From the NCBI GenBank assembly GCA_964016885.1, contig OZ024747.1, positions 26,598,001 through 26,662,000 on the forward strand: 64,000 nt of DNA, read 5' to 3'. The position numbers and the translations under genes are program-made. Below the pieces are notes generated by a model, which did no database searches, was not told the DNA's origin, and worked only from the letters and a program-made list of their open reading frames with translations. Source of the DNA: Eledone cirrhosa (taxonomy: Eukaryota). Positions 15,546-29,933 of the stretch are shown here, piece after piece (position 1 is the first letter of the stretch; each line of letters begins with the position of its first letter).

Positions 15546-16239
15546 TATTATTATTTACACGCTGCCACTACCTTACGAAGCACAGTTTCGACACCTTCTA
15601 TATACAGGGGTACATTTCTTGTGGTGTTGATTTAATATTGAAACTACTCTTCGCAAATGTCAGTAAAAGCTGATAGTGTTATGTTGTGTAAGTCCTGAGG
15701 CTTTCGTTATGTATCTGTCAGTAGTATACGTGGATTTTTTATCATTCCCAGAGCACCTATTATTATGTGGATTGTTTCTGTTTTCATCATCCACATTCAA
15801 GTTATTTCTATCTCTAGATCTTTTTATTTGGATAATTCACCAGGCAATTCTCAAATATTCATCTTAATCGATTACATTAAAGCGCTCTGCATTTCGACAT
15901 TGAATGTTCCTGTTTCTTATAACATGTTCTTACATTTTATATATATATATGTGTGTGTGTGCGTGTGTGTGTATGTGTGTGTATACAAACATATATATTG
16001 GTGTCTAAATGTGTGTATATGGCTTTTAAGTGGTTTTACGTAAAGGCTCTTCGGCGATTTACGACCTGCTTGCATAAGGTTCCTCTTGTTTTTTGGTCTT
16101 TTTCTATTTATTTTCTGATTGTCTCATTCATTTGTTTGTATGTGTGTGTGTGCATGTGTGTGTGTACGTATGTGTGTGTATGTGTGTGTGTACGTGTGTG
16201 TGTGTGCGTGTGTGTGTGTGTACGTGTGTGTGTGTACGT

Positions 16240-16383
<144 letters not shown>

Positions 16384-16476
16384 CGTTGTGGCATTGTGAC
16401 ATTCATATATCTAGAATACATTTGTTTGTATGTGTGGGTATGTGTATATGTGTGTGTCTGTGTGTGTGTGTACATT

Positions 16477-16507
<31 letters not shown>

Positions 16508-16726
16508 GACATTGTGGCATTGTGACATTCATTCATAAATCTAGAATACATTTGTTAACAGAAATAAGAGATTACAGCAGCATTATTTATTCTTAACTGT
16601 AACAGGTTAAACAATGTTGTTTCACACACACACACACATACACACACACATTCTCACACACACACATATATATATGGAGTATTTCGGCGTAGTAGCACAA
16701 ACTCAGTTTGTCTAGTTCGATACACT

Positions 16727-16771
<45 letters not shown>

Positions 16772-17136
16772 ACGTACATACATATATGTATACAGATGTA
16801 CAGTAGTATGTATATACATACATACATGCACACATATATATGTACGTATGGGTTTACCGAACATTTATTATAATGCTCGGTTTGTTTGTAAACAAACAGC
16901 CCGAATTAAGCCCTACAGTGTTCGGCAACCATCGTTGCCCTTTTGTTCAACACTGACAAAGGAACCTTGAACTAGTTTCTAGCTTATTAGCTGTCATCAG
17001 CACCGTATACCTTCCTGTCAGTCGATTGAACGTTTGAATATATGTGTGCATGTATGTATGTATATACATACTACTGTACGTCTGTATACATATATGTATC
17101 AGCCGTACTAAGAGTGAGAAATGAAATTTCATTTTT

Positions 17137-17214
<78 letters not shown>

Positions 17215-17481
17215 TATATAAAACGAAAAATCAGTGATGCATCTGAGAGAATTTGCTCCGAAATCATTAGACATGTCCGTCGAACCTGTGGATCCAGAAT
17301 CAGACAGATCCACACAATGATCGTGTCTTGAGCTGTCCGCCGGCGAAACAATTGTAACACAATAAATTGAGTTCAGATGCATCACTGATTTTTCGTTTTA
17401 TATTATATCATACTCTGCTCTGTAAGAGCATAGAGTGCTCAACCGGCATACCGCCTATGGAAGCATCTTAGCTACCATCAG

Positions 17482-17562
<81 letters not shown>

Positions 17563-19305
17563 AACATACACATACATATACACGGACATACATACAGATA
17601 TGTACACACATACATACGCACCCACACATACAAAATATACATATATACATATATACAATATACATATATACATATGCACTCTCACGTACTCCCACACATA
17701 CACGCACGTCCACGACACACACAAACACGCATAAAGTTACACTCGGCGGCCATTTTGTGTAGTATTCATAAACAAATATTATTGTTGCCTTATATTCATT
17801 TTTGTTGTTATTACTCATGTTGGTGTGGGGGGAGGGTGTATTTATGTTGATGTTGATGTTAATGTTGTTGTTGTTGTTGTTAGTGGTGGAGGTGGTGGTG
17901 GATGGTGTTTATCTTTTGTTTGTGTATTTTTTTGTTTTTTTGTTTTTTGTTTTGTTTTTGTTACGAAAATATGAATCATAATATTCTATTTCCTTGCATA
18001 GGCATAAAACAGTATATTTATTGTAAATAAGTATGAAAAAGGTTTTGGAATGTCTATGGAATGCTCAGCCACTTTCAATTTTACGCGAGGGCTGTTCTAT
18101 TGCTCGAATCACTGGAACACTCGTCGTCGAAGCCGACGAAGCTTCAACACACAACTACAGATCTCTGTAGAATAATCAAGCTCTTGTATGTTATGTGAAT
18201 TTCATGAGGAGACTGTTTTGTTGTTTCGAACACTCGTCATCGACACCAACGGAGATCCAGTCACAACTTAGGTACAGAACAGTGAGAAATGAAGATATTT
18301 AGAATGTATCTCCTGTTTGTAACAAACAGCTTTAGTAACTGTTTACATAGGAAATTATCTTCAATTTTATTTCAATTAAATTATGTAAAGTTTGCAATAA
18401 AAAATATTAAAGAAGGGAAGGGGTAGACTACATACCCTTGTCTAGGCCGTATATTTCAGCTGCGGCCTGCGGACAAAATGGCAAACGCATTCCCGCGAAG
18501 AACAGCTAGAGATATCCGCTGCATCAGTCACTCCGCCTCACGAGGCTCTTTCCTTGGGCAGGATTCACTCCTCCCAAAATTGGGGATCGGAACACCGGAG
18601 GTCTCGACGGCAACTGACACAAAAAGGAAGCAGTCGGTCAAGTCTCAGGCTCATTCATGGTCATTTTAAACCGTGCGGAACCCATCTCTATCCACTTCTG
18701 AGCACAGTCGATTTCTAGATTATTGACTCCAGTCGGTATACACATGTACATGGAATAAAGTAAAAATTAATGAATGTCGATTTACAATGATTAAAGACGA
18801 GCATTAGCTGCATCACTCTTGGATGGTCATGGACGCAGACACTTCCTGCAGATTAAACCATTAAAAGTAATATCTGAAATAAATTGGTTTAACTGGGAAT
18901 CCAGCCTGAAACATCGACACGTTTTGCATGAACTTGACCAGTACTTTTCTTCACTTCCTTTCAGTCTACCAGTTATTTTTTTAAAAACCTATGGGCAATG
19001 CTCCTCAACTTGAAAAATCATCCACTTCCCAACACCTCTTCAATATAATTCCAACCCTCTTCAGGCGAAGAAAATAAATAAAAATGCACAAAATGCCATA
19101 ATGTTAATAAACAAAATATATTAACCAATGAAATGAACAAACAAAAATATGTCCTTCCGGTCCTGGTTTTATAATCCACTGAAACTTGTCAAAATAAATG
19201 TTCTTTGAACAGAGTAAATAACCAGAAGGGAGATTCTGGGAAATAAAAATATACGGAATGTGTGTGATTTATGCAGTTGGAATATCAGTGTGTGTGAATG
19301 TATGC

Positions 19306-19391
<86 letters not shown>

Positions 19392-19907
19392 ATGTGTCTT
19401 TGTGGGAGTGTGTGCATCTGTGTCTATTTGTCTGTAATGAAGCTGTGACTATGGAGCAATCGATTTATTAAGAATAACACAATACTATAATTGAATGTAT
19501 AATTAATTTATCGTAAAGCCTGTACGACTTTACAGGTATATGTGTATCTTATTAATATGTATATAGAGTGATAACGTAGCCTCCGTTGATTTCGACGATG
19601 AGCATTCAGTCGTTCGAATAACTGAACGCTCAGCTCATTTATTTACATGTAGTTGGTTGAGTATTCTGTAGACTTATATATCTTTAATGTAATTGTTAAG
19701 CCAAATCAGCGTTACACTATGACAAAGCTAGACCTTTGAATTACAGGTACAGTCAATTTGAAGCCTTCCAAACAGTTTCCGTCTACCTAATTTCATTCAC
19801 AGATCATGGGTCAACCCGAGGCTATAGTAAAGACACTTGCTTAAAATGTTACACAGTGGGTCGAACCTGGGACTCCATGACTGCAATCTTAACCACTCAA
19901 CCATACC

Positions 19908-19957
<50 letters not shown>

Positions 19958-20014
19958 TCCAGTTCCTCGGAGGAATAACAACAAACCCAGTTCATGCAAT
20001 TGACTTATGTTTCG

Positions 20015-20131
<117 letters not shown>

Positions 20132-20189
20132 ATAATAACCCAATGTCTAAAGCATTGTCCTACAGATATGTATCCATTATGAATAACGA

Positions 20190-20500
20190 AGATGTGTGGC
20201 TAAGTGGTTAGGGTGTTCAGCCTTCGATCGCAACATCGTGAGATTACTGGCAACACGTTTCTCTAGTCCACTTAGCTTGAAAAATTAGTTGTATCTGTAA
20301 TTCAAAGAATCAGCCTTGTCACACACTGTGTCACAGTGAATCTCCCCGAGAACTACGTTAAGAGAGCACATGTCTGCAGAATGCTCAGCCACTTGCACTA
20401 TAAGACAAGAAGGACAGCTTTGTCACACACATTGTGTCTCGCGCTGAATCTCCCTGAGAATCACATTAAGTGCAGAGGTATCTATGGAATGCTCAATCAC
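20190..20500 (+). mobile_element. tRNA-derived SINE family B (other copies at ~9900-10345, 14310-15040, 20715-20835, 31430-31750, 36420-36720(-), 37085-37375, 42120-42460(-))
   Basis: Head gtggctaagtggttagggtg and recurrent body ccttgtcacacactgtgtcac..gaatctccctgagaactacgttaag..ggaatgctcagccacttgca. Confidence 0.65.
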
Positions 20501-20507
20501 TGACACT

Positions 20508-20690
20508 ATAATTGTTTCTACTTTTGGCACAAGGCCAGCAATTATCTCAGTGTATTACTGGTACTTTATTTTATCGACCCCGTAAGGATGAAAGGCAAAA
20601 TTACCCTGGGCAGGATTTGAACTCAGAACGTAAAGGGCCATGATTCTGTGTTGCAAAGCATGGCGTCCGACCCTCAATCGATACTGCATT
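20508..20690 (-). mobile_element. SINE family A
   Basis: Reverse-complement copy. Confidence 0.8.
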
Positions 20691-20836
20691 GACACTATAA
20701 TACACTATAATTACAGGAACAAAATGAGTTAAATCTGTAATTCAAAACCTTGTCACGTGTTAGACTGATTCTCTGAGAAATACGTTAAGAGAACACGTAT
20801 CTATGGAATACTCAGCCACTTGCAAGTTTATTTCAC

Positions 20837-23800
20837 AATCAGACAGACAGGCAGATAGGCAGACAGGTAAAGAAACAGACAATCAGACAGGCAGGTAAAT
20901 AAACAGACAATCAGACAGGCAGGTAAATAAACAGACAATCAGACAGGTAAAGAAACAGACAATCAGACAGGCAGGTAAATAAACAGACAATCAGACAGGC
21001 AGGTAAATAAACAGACAATCAGACAGGTAAATAAACAGACAATCAGACAGGCAGGTAAATAAACAGACAATCAGACAGGTAAATAAACAGACAATCAGAC
21101 AGGCAGGTAAATAAACAGACAATCAGACAGGTAAAGAAACAGACAATCAGACAGGCAGGTAAATAAACAGACAATCAGACAGGTAAATAAACAGACAATC
21201 AGACAGGCAGGTAAATAAACAGACAATCAGACAGGTAAAGAAACAGACAATCAGACAGGCAGGTAAATAAACAGACAATCAGACAGGTAAATAAACAGAC
21301 AATCAGACAGGCAGGTAAATAAACAGACAATCAGACAGGTAAAGAAACAGACAATCAGACAGGCAGGTAAATAAACAGACAATCAGACAGGTAAATAAAC
21401 AGACAATCAGGCAGGTAAATAAACAGACAATCAGACAGGTAAAGAAACAGACAATCAGACAGGCAGGTAAATAAACAGACAATCAGACAGGTAAATAAAC
21501 AGACAATCAGGCAAGTAAATAAACAGACAATCAGACAGGTAAAGAAACAGACAATCAGACAGGCAGGTAAATAAACAGACAATCAGACAGGTAAATAAAC
21601 AGACAATCAGACAGGCAGGTAAATAAACAGACAATCAGACAGGTAAATAAACAGACAATCAGGCAGGTAAATAAACAGACAATCAGACAGGTAAATAAAC
21701 AGACAATCAGACAGGCAGGTAAATAAACAGACAATCAGACAGGTAAATAAACAGACAATCAGACAGGCAGGTAAATAAACAGACAATCAGACAGGTAAAG
21801 AAACAGACAATCAGACAGGCAGGTAAATAAACAGACAATCAGACAGGTAAATAAACAGACAATCAGGCAGGTAAATAAACAGACAATCAGACAGGTAAAT
21901 AAACAGACAATCAGACAGGCAGGTAAATAAACAGACAATCAGACAGGTAAATAAACAGACAATCAGACAGGCAGGTAAATAAACAGACAATCAGACAGGT
22001 AAATAAACAGACAATCAGACAGGCAGGTAAATAAACAGACAATCAGACAGGTAAATAAACAGACAATCAGACAGGCAGGTAAATAAACAGACAATCAGAC
22101 AGGTAAATAAACAGACAATCAGGCAGGTAAATAAACAGACAATCAGACAGGTAAATAAACAGACAATCAGACAGGCAGGTAAATAAACAGACAATCAGAC
22201 AGGTAAATAAACAGACAATCAGACAGGCAGGTAAATAAACAGACAATCAGACAGGTAAAGAAACAGACAATCAGACAGGCAGGTAAATAAACAGACAATC
22301 AGACAGGTAAATGAACAGACAATCAGACAGGCAGGTAAATAAACAGACAATCAGACAGGTAAATAAACAGACAATCAGACAGGTAAATAAACAGACAATC
22401 AGACAGGTAAATAAACAGACAATCAGACAGGTAAATAAACAGACAATCAGACAGGTAAATAAACAGACAATCAGACAGGCAGGTAAATAAACAGACAATC
22501 AGACAGGTAAATAAACAGACAATCAGACAGGCAGGTAAATAAACAGACAATCAGACAGGCAGGTAAATAAACAGACAATCAGACAGGTAAATAAACAGAC
22601 AATCAGACAGGTAAATAAACAGACAATCAGACAGGTAAATAAACAGACAATCAGACAGGTAAATAAACAGACAATCAGACAGGCAGGTAAATAAACAGAC
22701 AATCAGACAGGTAAATAAACAGACAATCAGACAGGCAGGTAAATAAACAGACAATCAGACAGGTAAATAAACAGACAATCAGACAGGCAGGTAAATAAAC
22801 AGACAATCAGACAGGTAAAGAAACAGACAATCAGACAGGCAGGTAAATAAACAGACAATCAGACAGGTAAATGAACAGACAATCAGACAGGCAGGTAAAT
22901 AAACAGACAATCAGACAGGTAAATAAACAGACAATCAGACAGGTAAATAAACAGACAATCAGACAGGTAAATAAACAGACAATCAGACAGGTAAATAAAC
23001 AGACAATCAGACAGGTAAATAAACAGACAATCAGACAGGTAAATAAACAGACAAACAGACAGGTAAATAAACAAAACAATCAGACAGGTAAATAAACAGA
23101 CAATCAGACAGGTAAATAAACAGACAATCAGACAGGCAGGTAAATAAACAGACAATCAGACAGGTAAATAAACAGACAATCAGACAGGCAGGTAAATAAA
23201 CAGACAATCAGACAGGTAAATAAACAGACAATCAGACAGGCAGGTAAATAAACAGACAATCAGACAGGTAAATAAACAGACAATCAGACAGGCAGGTAAA
23301 TAAACAGACAATCAGACAGGTAAATAAACAGACAATCAGACAGGCAGGTAAATAAACAGACAATCAGACAGGTAAATAAACAGACAATCAGACAGGCAGG
23401 TAAATAAACAGACAATCAGACAGGTAAAGAAACAGACAATCAGACAGGCAGGTAAATAAACAGACAATCAGACAGGTAAATGAACAGACAATCAGACAGG
23501 CAGGTAAATAAACAGACAATCAGACAGGTAAATAAACAGACAATCAGACAGGTAAATAAACAGACAATCAGACAGGTAAATAAACAGACAATCAGACAGG
23601 TAAATAAACAGACAATCAGACAGGTAAATAAACAGACAATCAGACAGGTAAATAAACAGACAAACAGACAGGTAAATAAACAAAACAATCAGACAGGTAA
23701 ATAAACAGACAATCAGACAGGTAAATAAACAGACAATCAGACAGGCAGGTAAATAAACAGACAATCAGACAGGTAAATAAACAGACAATCAGACAGGCAG

Positions 23801-24643
23801 GTAAATAAACAGACAATCAGACAGGTAAATAAACAGACAATCAGACAGGCAGGTAAATAAACAGACAATCAGACAGGTAAAGAAACAGACAATCAGACAG
23901 GCAGGTAAATAAACAGACAATCAGACAGGTAAATGAACAGACAATCAGACAGGCAGGTAAATAAACAGACAATCAGACAGGTAAATAAACAGACAATCAG
24001 ACAGGTAAATAAACAGACAATCAGACAGGTAAATAAACAGACAATCAGACAGGTAAATAAACAGACAATCAGACAGGTAAATAAACAGACAATCAGACAG
24101 GTAAATAAACAGACAAACAGACAGGTAAATAAACAAAACAATCAGACAGGTAAATAAACAGACAATCAGACAGGTAAATAAACAGACAATCAGACAGGCA
24201 GGTAAATAAACAGACAATCAGACAGGTAAATAAACAGACAATCAGACAGGCAGGTAAATAAACAGACAATCAGACAGGTAAATAAACAGACAATCAGACA
24301 GGCAGGTAAATAAACAGACAATCAGACAGGTAAATAAACAGACAATCAGACAGGCAGGTAAATAAACAGACAATCAGACAGGTAAATAAACAGACAATCA
24401 GACAGGCAGGTAAATAAACAGACAATCAGACAGGTAAAGAAACAGACAATCAGACAGGCAGGTAAATAAACAGACAATCAGACAGGTAAAGAAACAGACA
24501 ATCAGACAGGCAGGTAAATAAACAGACAATCAGACAGGTAAAGAAACAGACAATCAGACAGGCAGGTAAATAAACAGACAATCAGACAGGTAAAGAAACA
24601 GACAATCAGACAGGCAGGTAAATAAACAGACAATCAGACAGAC
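20837..24643. repeat. 3.8-kb minisatellite of 24/28-bp units
   Basis: AATCAGACAG(GCAG)GTAAATAAACAGAC repeated, mostly as alternating 24+28-bp dimers. Confidence 0.97.
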
Positions 24644-24866
24644 AAATTTCTGTTTATTTGCCACTAGGGCACAAAAGAAAGGGACATGTACATGGGTGGG
24701 GGGAGTTTACATAAAAATCGAGTAAGAAAAATATAACAAACAAAATAGTAACAAGAAGGTCCTCAATAGGGAGGGATCGTTTTGGGGTCACACACACCCC
24801 CGAAAAAATGTGCGACCCTTCTCCACGGGAGCACAAAGAGAGGGTGCTCCCTTCTTCCTGTTCCAC

Positions 24867-27800
24867 CTACAGGCTGAGGTAGAGAGAAGGCCCATTCACA
24901 CGGGCCATTCTCGCAACTTTCACCCACCTTTCATGAAACTGGCTGGAGTGGAGCACCTCTCTCTCCATCCTGATCCTTCTTCCGAAATGGTATCGGAAGA
25001 AAAGGACCAGTTGTTGGCCAGAGAGAAAGATGTCCGACCTCAGCCCTTTCAGACGCGTCCACCATATAACCTCTTTTACCATGGCTATTGAGGAAGACCG
25101 CCTCTCCTTCATTTTTGAAGGGGGAGGCGGCTTGATCGTTACAATGGACTCGGTGGTCAACCTAATTGGTCCCACCCGTGAAAGCAGTTGTTCGACATAG
25201 CCCCACAGATCGGCAACGCCCGGGCAGTGCACCAATGCGTGCGCGACGGATTCCTCGTCCCGCACGCATCTGGGACAGATCTTTTTCGAGGGGTCCCTAC
25301 CCGGGCGTCCGTGTCTGTAGAGCTTATCCCGAACGGGCAGAGCCCCTCGGTAGCACTGCCAGGCCAAGGACTTCTGGAAGTTGTCCATAGGTCCCGGGCC
25401 GAAAGTCCTACCGAATAGACTGGCCAGTTCGTCCTCCTCCATGCCTAAGGTTTCTCCGAGGGCGTCGTCGCACCCACTAACCACCAGCCCTCTATAGAAT
25501 GACGAGGTGGAGTCTCCGTCGATAGCCGGGTCCGCCTGCCAGAGAGCCGTGAGCGCCTGGGCACACTCGGTGCGCCAGTCGCCCAGTTTTCTCGGTCTTT
25601 GCTTCACCCAGGACTGCAGCTCGGTGAGGGAGACGAGCCTCGGGAAGGCTCGCCTCACAAACGGGGCCCACACCGGTTGACCGGTGAGGAATATCTGGAG
25701 GTGCCTTAGCCTCAATGCGTGTTTACGCATTTATAGCCACGGCATCCCCATCCCTCCTTTCAAAGGGTGTTGACAGCAGATGGATCTCCTCACCAGAGGA
25801 GACCTCTTCTTCCAAAGGAAATAAAAGAGGGCGCGCTCCATTTTGGCGAGGATCTCACCCGGGCAAGGCACGACAGTCAAGCGGTAATAGATGACGGACG
25901 CTATGTAAGCGTTCGCCACCTCCGCCCGACCTTTCAGGGATAGTTTGCACTCGGCCCACTTCTGGGTCAGTGCAAACACCCTATTCGTCACCTCACCCCA
26001 GTTTTTCTCCACCTGGAGGTCCGGTCCGAACCAGACCCCAAGCAACTTTACCGGGCCCTCCGTCCACCGTCCGACGTTACCGTCGCACGGCATCGCTTTG
26101 CCCCTCCACTCACCGAGTTGCAAAGCGACTGACTTGTCCCGGTTCAGCTTAGCCCCTGTCAACCTTTCGTACTCCTCCAGTAAGGTGCCGATTGCCTCGA
26201 TTTCCGAGGTGGTCGACACCATTACTGTTACGTCATCGGCGTAGGCCGACACCGCTTTGCGCAATCCCGGTTCCAAAGGGATGCCCTGCAACAACTGCAA
26301 CTTCCGCAGTAGTGGCTCGAGAGCCAATACATACAGAAGGGAGGAGAGAGGGCACCCCTGTCGGATGGAGCGGGTGATTTCGAACGGCTCCGAAAGGTAG
26401 CCTTTCACCTTGACTCTAGAGCATATGCGACTGCTGTGCATGGCAGTGATCCAGCCCCTGAAAACGGGTCCGAACCCAGCCGCCGCTAGCACCGCATCCA
26501 GGTAACCATGGTCCACCCTATCGAACGCTTTAGACTGATCTAAATTTATCAGGGCCCCACCAAAGCCGGGTTCGTTCCCAACCCTCTCTATGATGTATCG
26601 CATGAGGTGAAGGTTGTTGTGGATGGACCTGGACGGGATAGCGCATGTCTGCGCATTTCCCACCAGGCCCCCCACGACAAGCGCCAACCTCTTCGCTAAC
26701 ACCTTGGCCAAAATCTTTAACTCTGCATTTAGCAGAGTTATGGGCCTAAAATTACTAATGTCATCCCCCTTGTTCTCGTCCTTCCTCACTAGCGAGACTA
26801 CGCCCTTGGTCACAGAACAGGGATTTCTCCCGTTCTGTTGCCAGTTGCAGTAGACCGCCTCGAGGAGATCGGGGAACAAGTCCGGCATATTAATATATAG
26901 TTCGAAGGGCAGACCATCGAGACCTGGAGATTTGCGTTTGCCGCATAGGCTCAGCACGTCCCCTATTTCAGCAGCTGAGATCGGCTCGTCGCAGGACCTC
27001 GCCTCCTTGTCCGAAAGACGCGGCAGGCCGTCGAGGTATGGACCGAAATCCACATCTCCAACCGGCCCCCCGCCCCTCCCGAACAATTGGGCAAAGTGCC
27101 TTTGAAAGGCCTCGCACATTTGCTTAGGTTCAAGGATCACCCGTCCATGCTGGTCTCGCAAAGACCGGATAGGGGATTTAATCCCACTTTTCGCTTCTGT
27201 CACGTGGGCCCAGCTAACAGCTTTGGTCCCCTCGTTTCCCAGAGCACGTATTTTGCTTCGGACAACGCAGCCTTCGTGTTTCGCGTCGAAGAACTGGTTC
27301 AAGACCGTTCTCGGCGCTTGCACTCTGGCCACGTTGCCGCTTCTCATTGCCTCTTCAACATTAACTACCAACTCCCTTTCCTTCCTATTTCTATCTGAGG
27401 CTAACTCCTTACTAACTCCTATTGAAACTACTCTAATCTCTCTTTTTAGAGAGCCCCACCACCTGCTGTTGACGATGGCGCCCGTCAACCGCTCCTTAAC
27501 TAAGGTTCTAATCCGGTCCCTGTAAGCTCTACTTGCCGCTAAGGACAAGTTGAGCTTCCAGTAACCAGGTCCCTGCCTATGCGTTCTATCAAGGTGGACT
27601 ACGCAGGTCACTAACTTGTGGTCTGAATAGCCCACCATGAGCATTTCTGGACAACTTAAAAAGAACCTATCTAGGTACGATCTAGATTGACCACTGTTAT
27701 TTGACCAAGTCCAGGTTGGCACAGTCGGAAAATCTAGTCGGTATCTATCAGCCAGGTCAAATCGGCCGATTAACCCCTTGAGGCTGTTACACCCCCCTCT

Positions 27801-28273
27801 ATCGGGACATGCCCCTACATAGTCCCAACGTGCATCTAGGATACCATTCCAGTCCCCCACTAAAAGCAAGGAGCGGGACGTCCCTAGAAAAGTCTCCAGA
27901 CGATGGAAGAAGTCCGACCGCATTGCCCCAAAAGGGGCGTATACAGCGACAAGCCTAAAAGCTTCGCCTTCACCATTGCCAAGGTCCAGAACCACGAGTC
28001 GACCCTCCGGGTCCAAGTGTACCGTCTGTGTAGCGAGACCCAGATGTTTTTGCAGCAGAACGACAACCCCACCCCACCTCCGGGCTGACAGAGAGATGCG
28101 TGCATCTCAAAGTCATGAAAGGTGGGGGCTAGCTGTCGCATGCTGCTGATCCGGGCCTCGCAAATAACCATCACATTTATACATTGTGACCTGAGGTCAC
28201 TTAGAAGTTTAGCTTGCTTCCAAGGTGAGCCCAGGCCACGCGCATTTAGACAACCTACTCTTAAGACAGCCAT
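24867..28273 (-). pseudogene. Tx1-like ORF2 (APE endonuclease + reverse transcriptase), disrupted
   Basis: GCLNARGL, GDWNGILD, SYLDRF and SDHKLV (APE); KSPGLDG, NFRPITLLN, LDQSKAFDRV, QGCPLS and AYADDV (RT); CPRC...ESVAHALVHC. One frameshift near 28020-28080 and an in-frame TAA at 25731-25733. Confidence 0.9.
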
Positions 28274-28733
28274 GTTGGTGGCAAAGAAAGAGGCACTTAC
28301 CTCTCTACGTCCCGGGGTTCGGGCCGCTCAGTTTCCATGGGGCTGGTGGAGGGGTTGATGAGGGGGTTATTAGTGTGTGGAGGGGTTGGGGTGTTTGGAG
28401 TTGTGTGGGTGTTTGAGGAGGGGAGGGGAAAACCTTTCAGGAGGACGCGGTTGAGTGGTCTGGTGCAGGGTGGCCCCACGTCCTCAGGGTAAATGTTTTT
28501 CAAAGTTTTGAAAATGTCAAGTGGGACTTTCACCATTTTCAGGTTAGGGAGTCCCATTGCCGTTACAAAATTCGGCCCTTCGGTTTGTACCGAAGGGTTG
28601 TTTTCTATTTTTTCTGTTAGTTTTTTATTGTTTTTGTTTATGTATGTGTAGAGTTTTTGTGTTGTGTTTGTTTTTGCTTGTTGTTCTTGAGTGAGTTTGC
28701 GTTTTGTTGTCTGTGTTGTGTTGTCAGGTGGGG

Positions 28734-29933
28734 TTATTTTTGTTTGTGTGGTGTGTGTACGTTTTTTTTCTTTTCACTTTTTGGAAGGGAGTCCCCTCGT
28801 CTTCCGACGATATGAGCTCCTCTTCCGTATTGGAGGAGAGGGGTATATCTCCGGGTTGTGTATGAACTGCGTGTGTTTTTGTATTTGTGTTCTGTGGGGA
28901 GGGGCTGGGTGGGACCGTGTTTTGGGTTGTTTTCTTGAGCTGTTGTTGATGTTGTTGTTGTGGTGGTGGTGGTGGAGGTGGTGTTGTTGGTTTTTGTTGT
29001 CGTTGTGGTGGTGATGGTAGTGTATTTTGTTGTTTTTGTGGTGGTGGTGCTGGTTGTTTTTGTTGTTGTTGTGGTGTTTGTAGCAGTGGTTTTTTTTGTT
29101 GTTAGTAGAGGGCAGGCCGTCCTCAGGTGACCTCTGCCAGCGCAGTGGTAACATGAGGGTCTCCTGCCTTCCACCGTAATATTTATGAAGGTTCGCCCAT
29201 CCAGTAGGACTCGGTCGGGTATTCCGGCGATTCTCTTAGGTGTCATCTGTAAGAGAACCTCCAGACTTTTCCCCCCGAACAGTCCACTGGTGGACTCCCC
29301 TACTGAAATACGGATGTCCTTTTCTAGGTCCGTAAATCCTGTCAGGACGGACCAGATGTTAACTTCTGGCGTTGGGCTCCACATTCTTAGTCTCTGAGTT
29401 CTTCTTCCTTTATACGTGGGGAAGAAGGTGTATTGTGGTGACACTATAGGTGCCACCGAGCATTTTTGAGCCAGCATTTCGTCCTTCATTCGGACCATAA
29501 TGCTGGCATACAGCTTTCCTCTTTCAATAAAAAGTATGTTTTCTTTAATGTCTTTCAATACCAGCTCAATTTGACTTTCTGTCAATGGAGCTGGCTTTCT
29601 TATTGTGTTGGATATCGTTCTGAAGTTTATGGTATTCCTATATACCTGTTGGCGAACTTCTACTGGAGAGTTGATCGTAAAAGAACCATCCTCCCCAAAA
29701 GATACGTATTTTCTGGCATCTAGCAAGTTTTGCTTAGCGTTAGTAATATCTATGGGCTTGTATTCGATAGCTTTCCTGACCGTTTGGGCAAAAGAAATTG
29801 TGTTGTCTTTGTTGCTTGTTGTTGTAATGTTGTTGGTTTCATTATTTGTGGTGTTATTTTTTTCTTCCAAATTTAGGTTTTCATTCGAATTAATATTCTT
29901 TTTTTTTTTCATTGGAGAGGAGGGGCTGTTCAA
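28734..29933 (-). CDS. Tx1-like ORF1 (gag-like, CCHC zinc knuckle)
   Basis: 399-aa ORF with CYHCAGRGHLRTAC knuckle followed by a Thr-rich low-complexity tail; probably continued by frameshifted ORF 28297-28557. Confidence 0.8.
   Translation of the reverse strand: MNSPSSPMKKKKNINSNENLNLEEKNNTTNNETNNITTTSNKDNTISFAQTVRKAIEYKPIDITNAKQNLLDARKYVSFGEDGSFTINSPVEVRQQVYRNTINFRTISNTIRKPAPLTESQIELVLKDIKENILFIERGKLYASIMVRMKDEMLAQKCSVAPIVSPQYTFFPTYKGRRTQRLRMWSPTPEVNIWSVLTGFTDLEKDIRISVGESTSGLFGGKSLEVLLQMTPKRIAGIPDRVLLDGRTFINITVEGRRPSCYHCAGRGHLRTACPLLTTKKTTATNTTTTTKTTSTTTTKTTKYTTITTTTTTKTNNTTSTTTTTTTTSTTAQENNPKHGPTQPLPTEHKYKNTRSSYTTRRYTPLLQYGRGAHIVGRRGDSLPKSEKKKNVHTPHKQK

Noticed and set aside
17735-17760. 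YY1-like / start-codon motif caaaATGGCCGCC on the minus strand
   Set aside because: Single short motif; the tentative splice to the 1613-1759 exon would create a TAG stop.
20837-24643. Possible CRISPR-like array or repeat-coding ORFs
   Set aside because: No unique spacers; pure tandem minisatellite in eukaryotic DNA.
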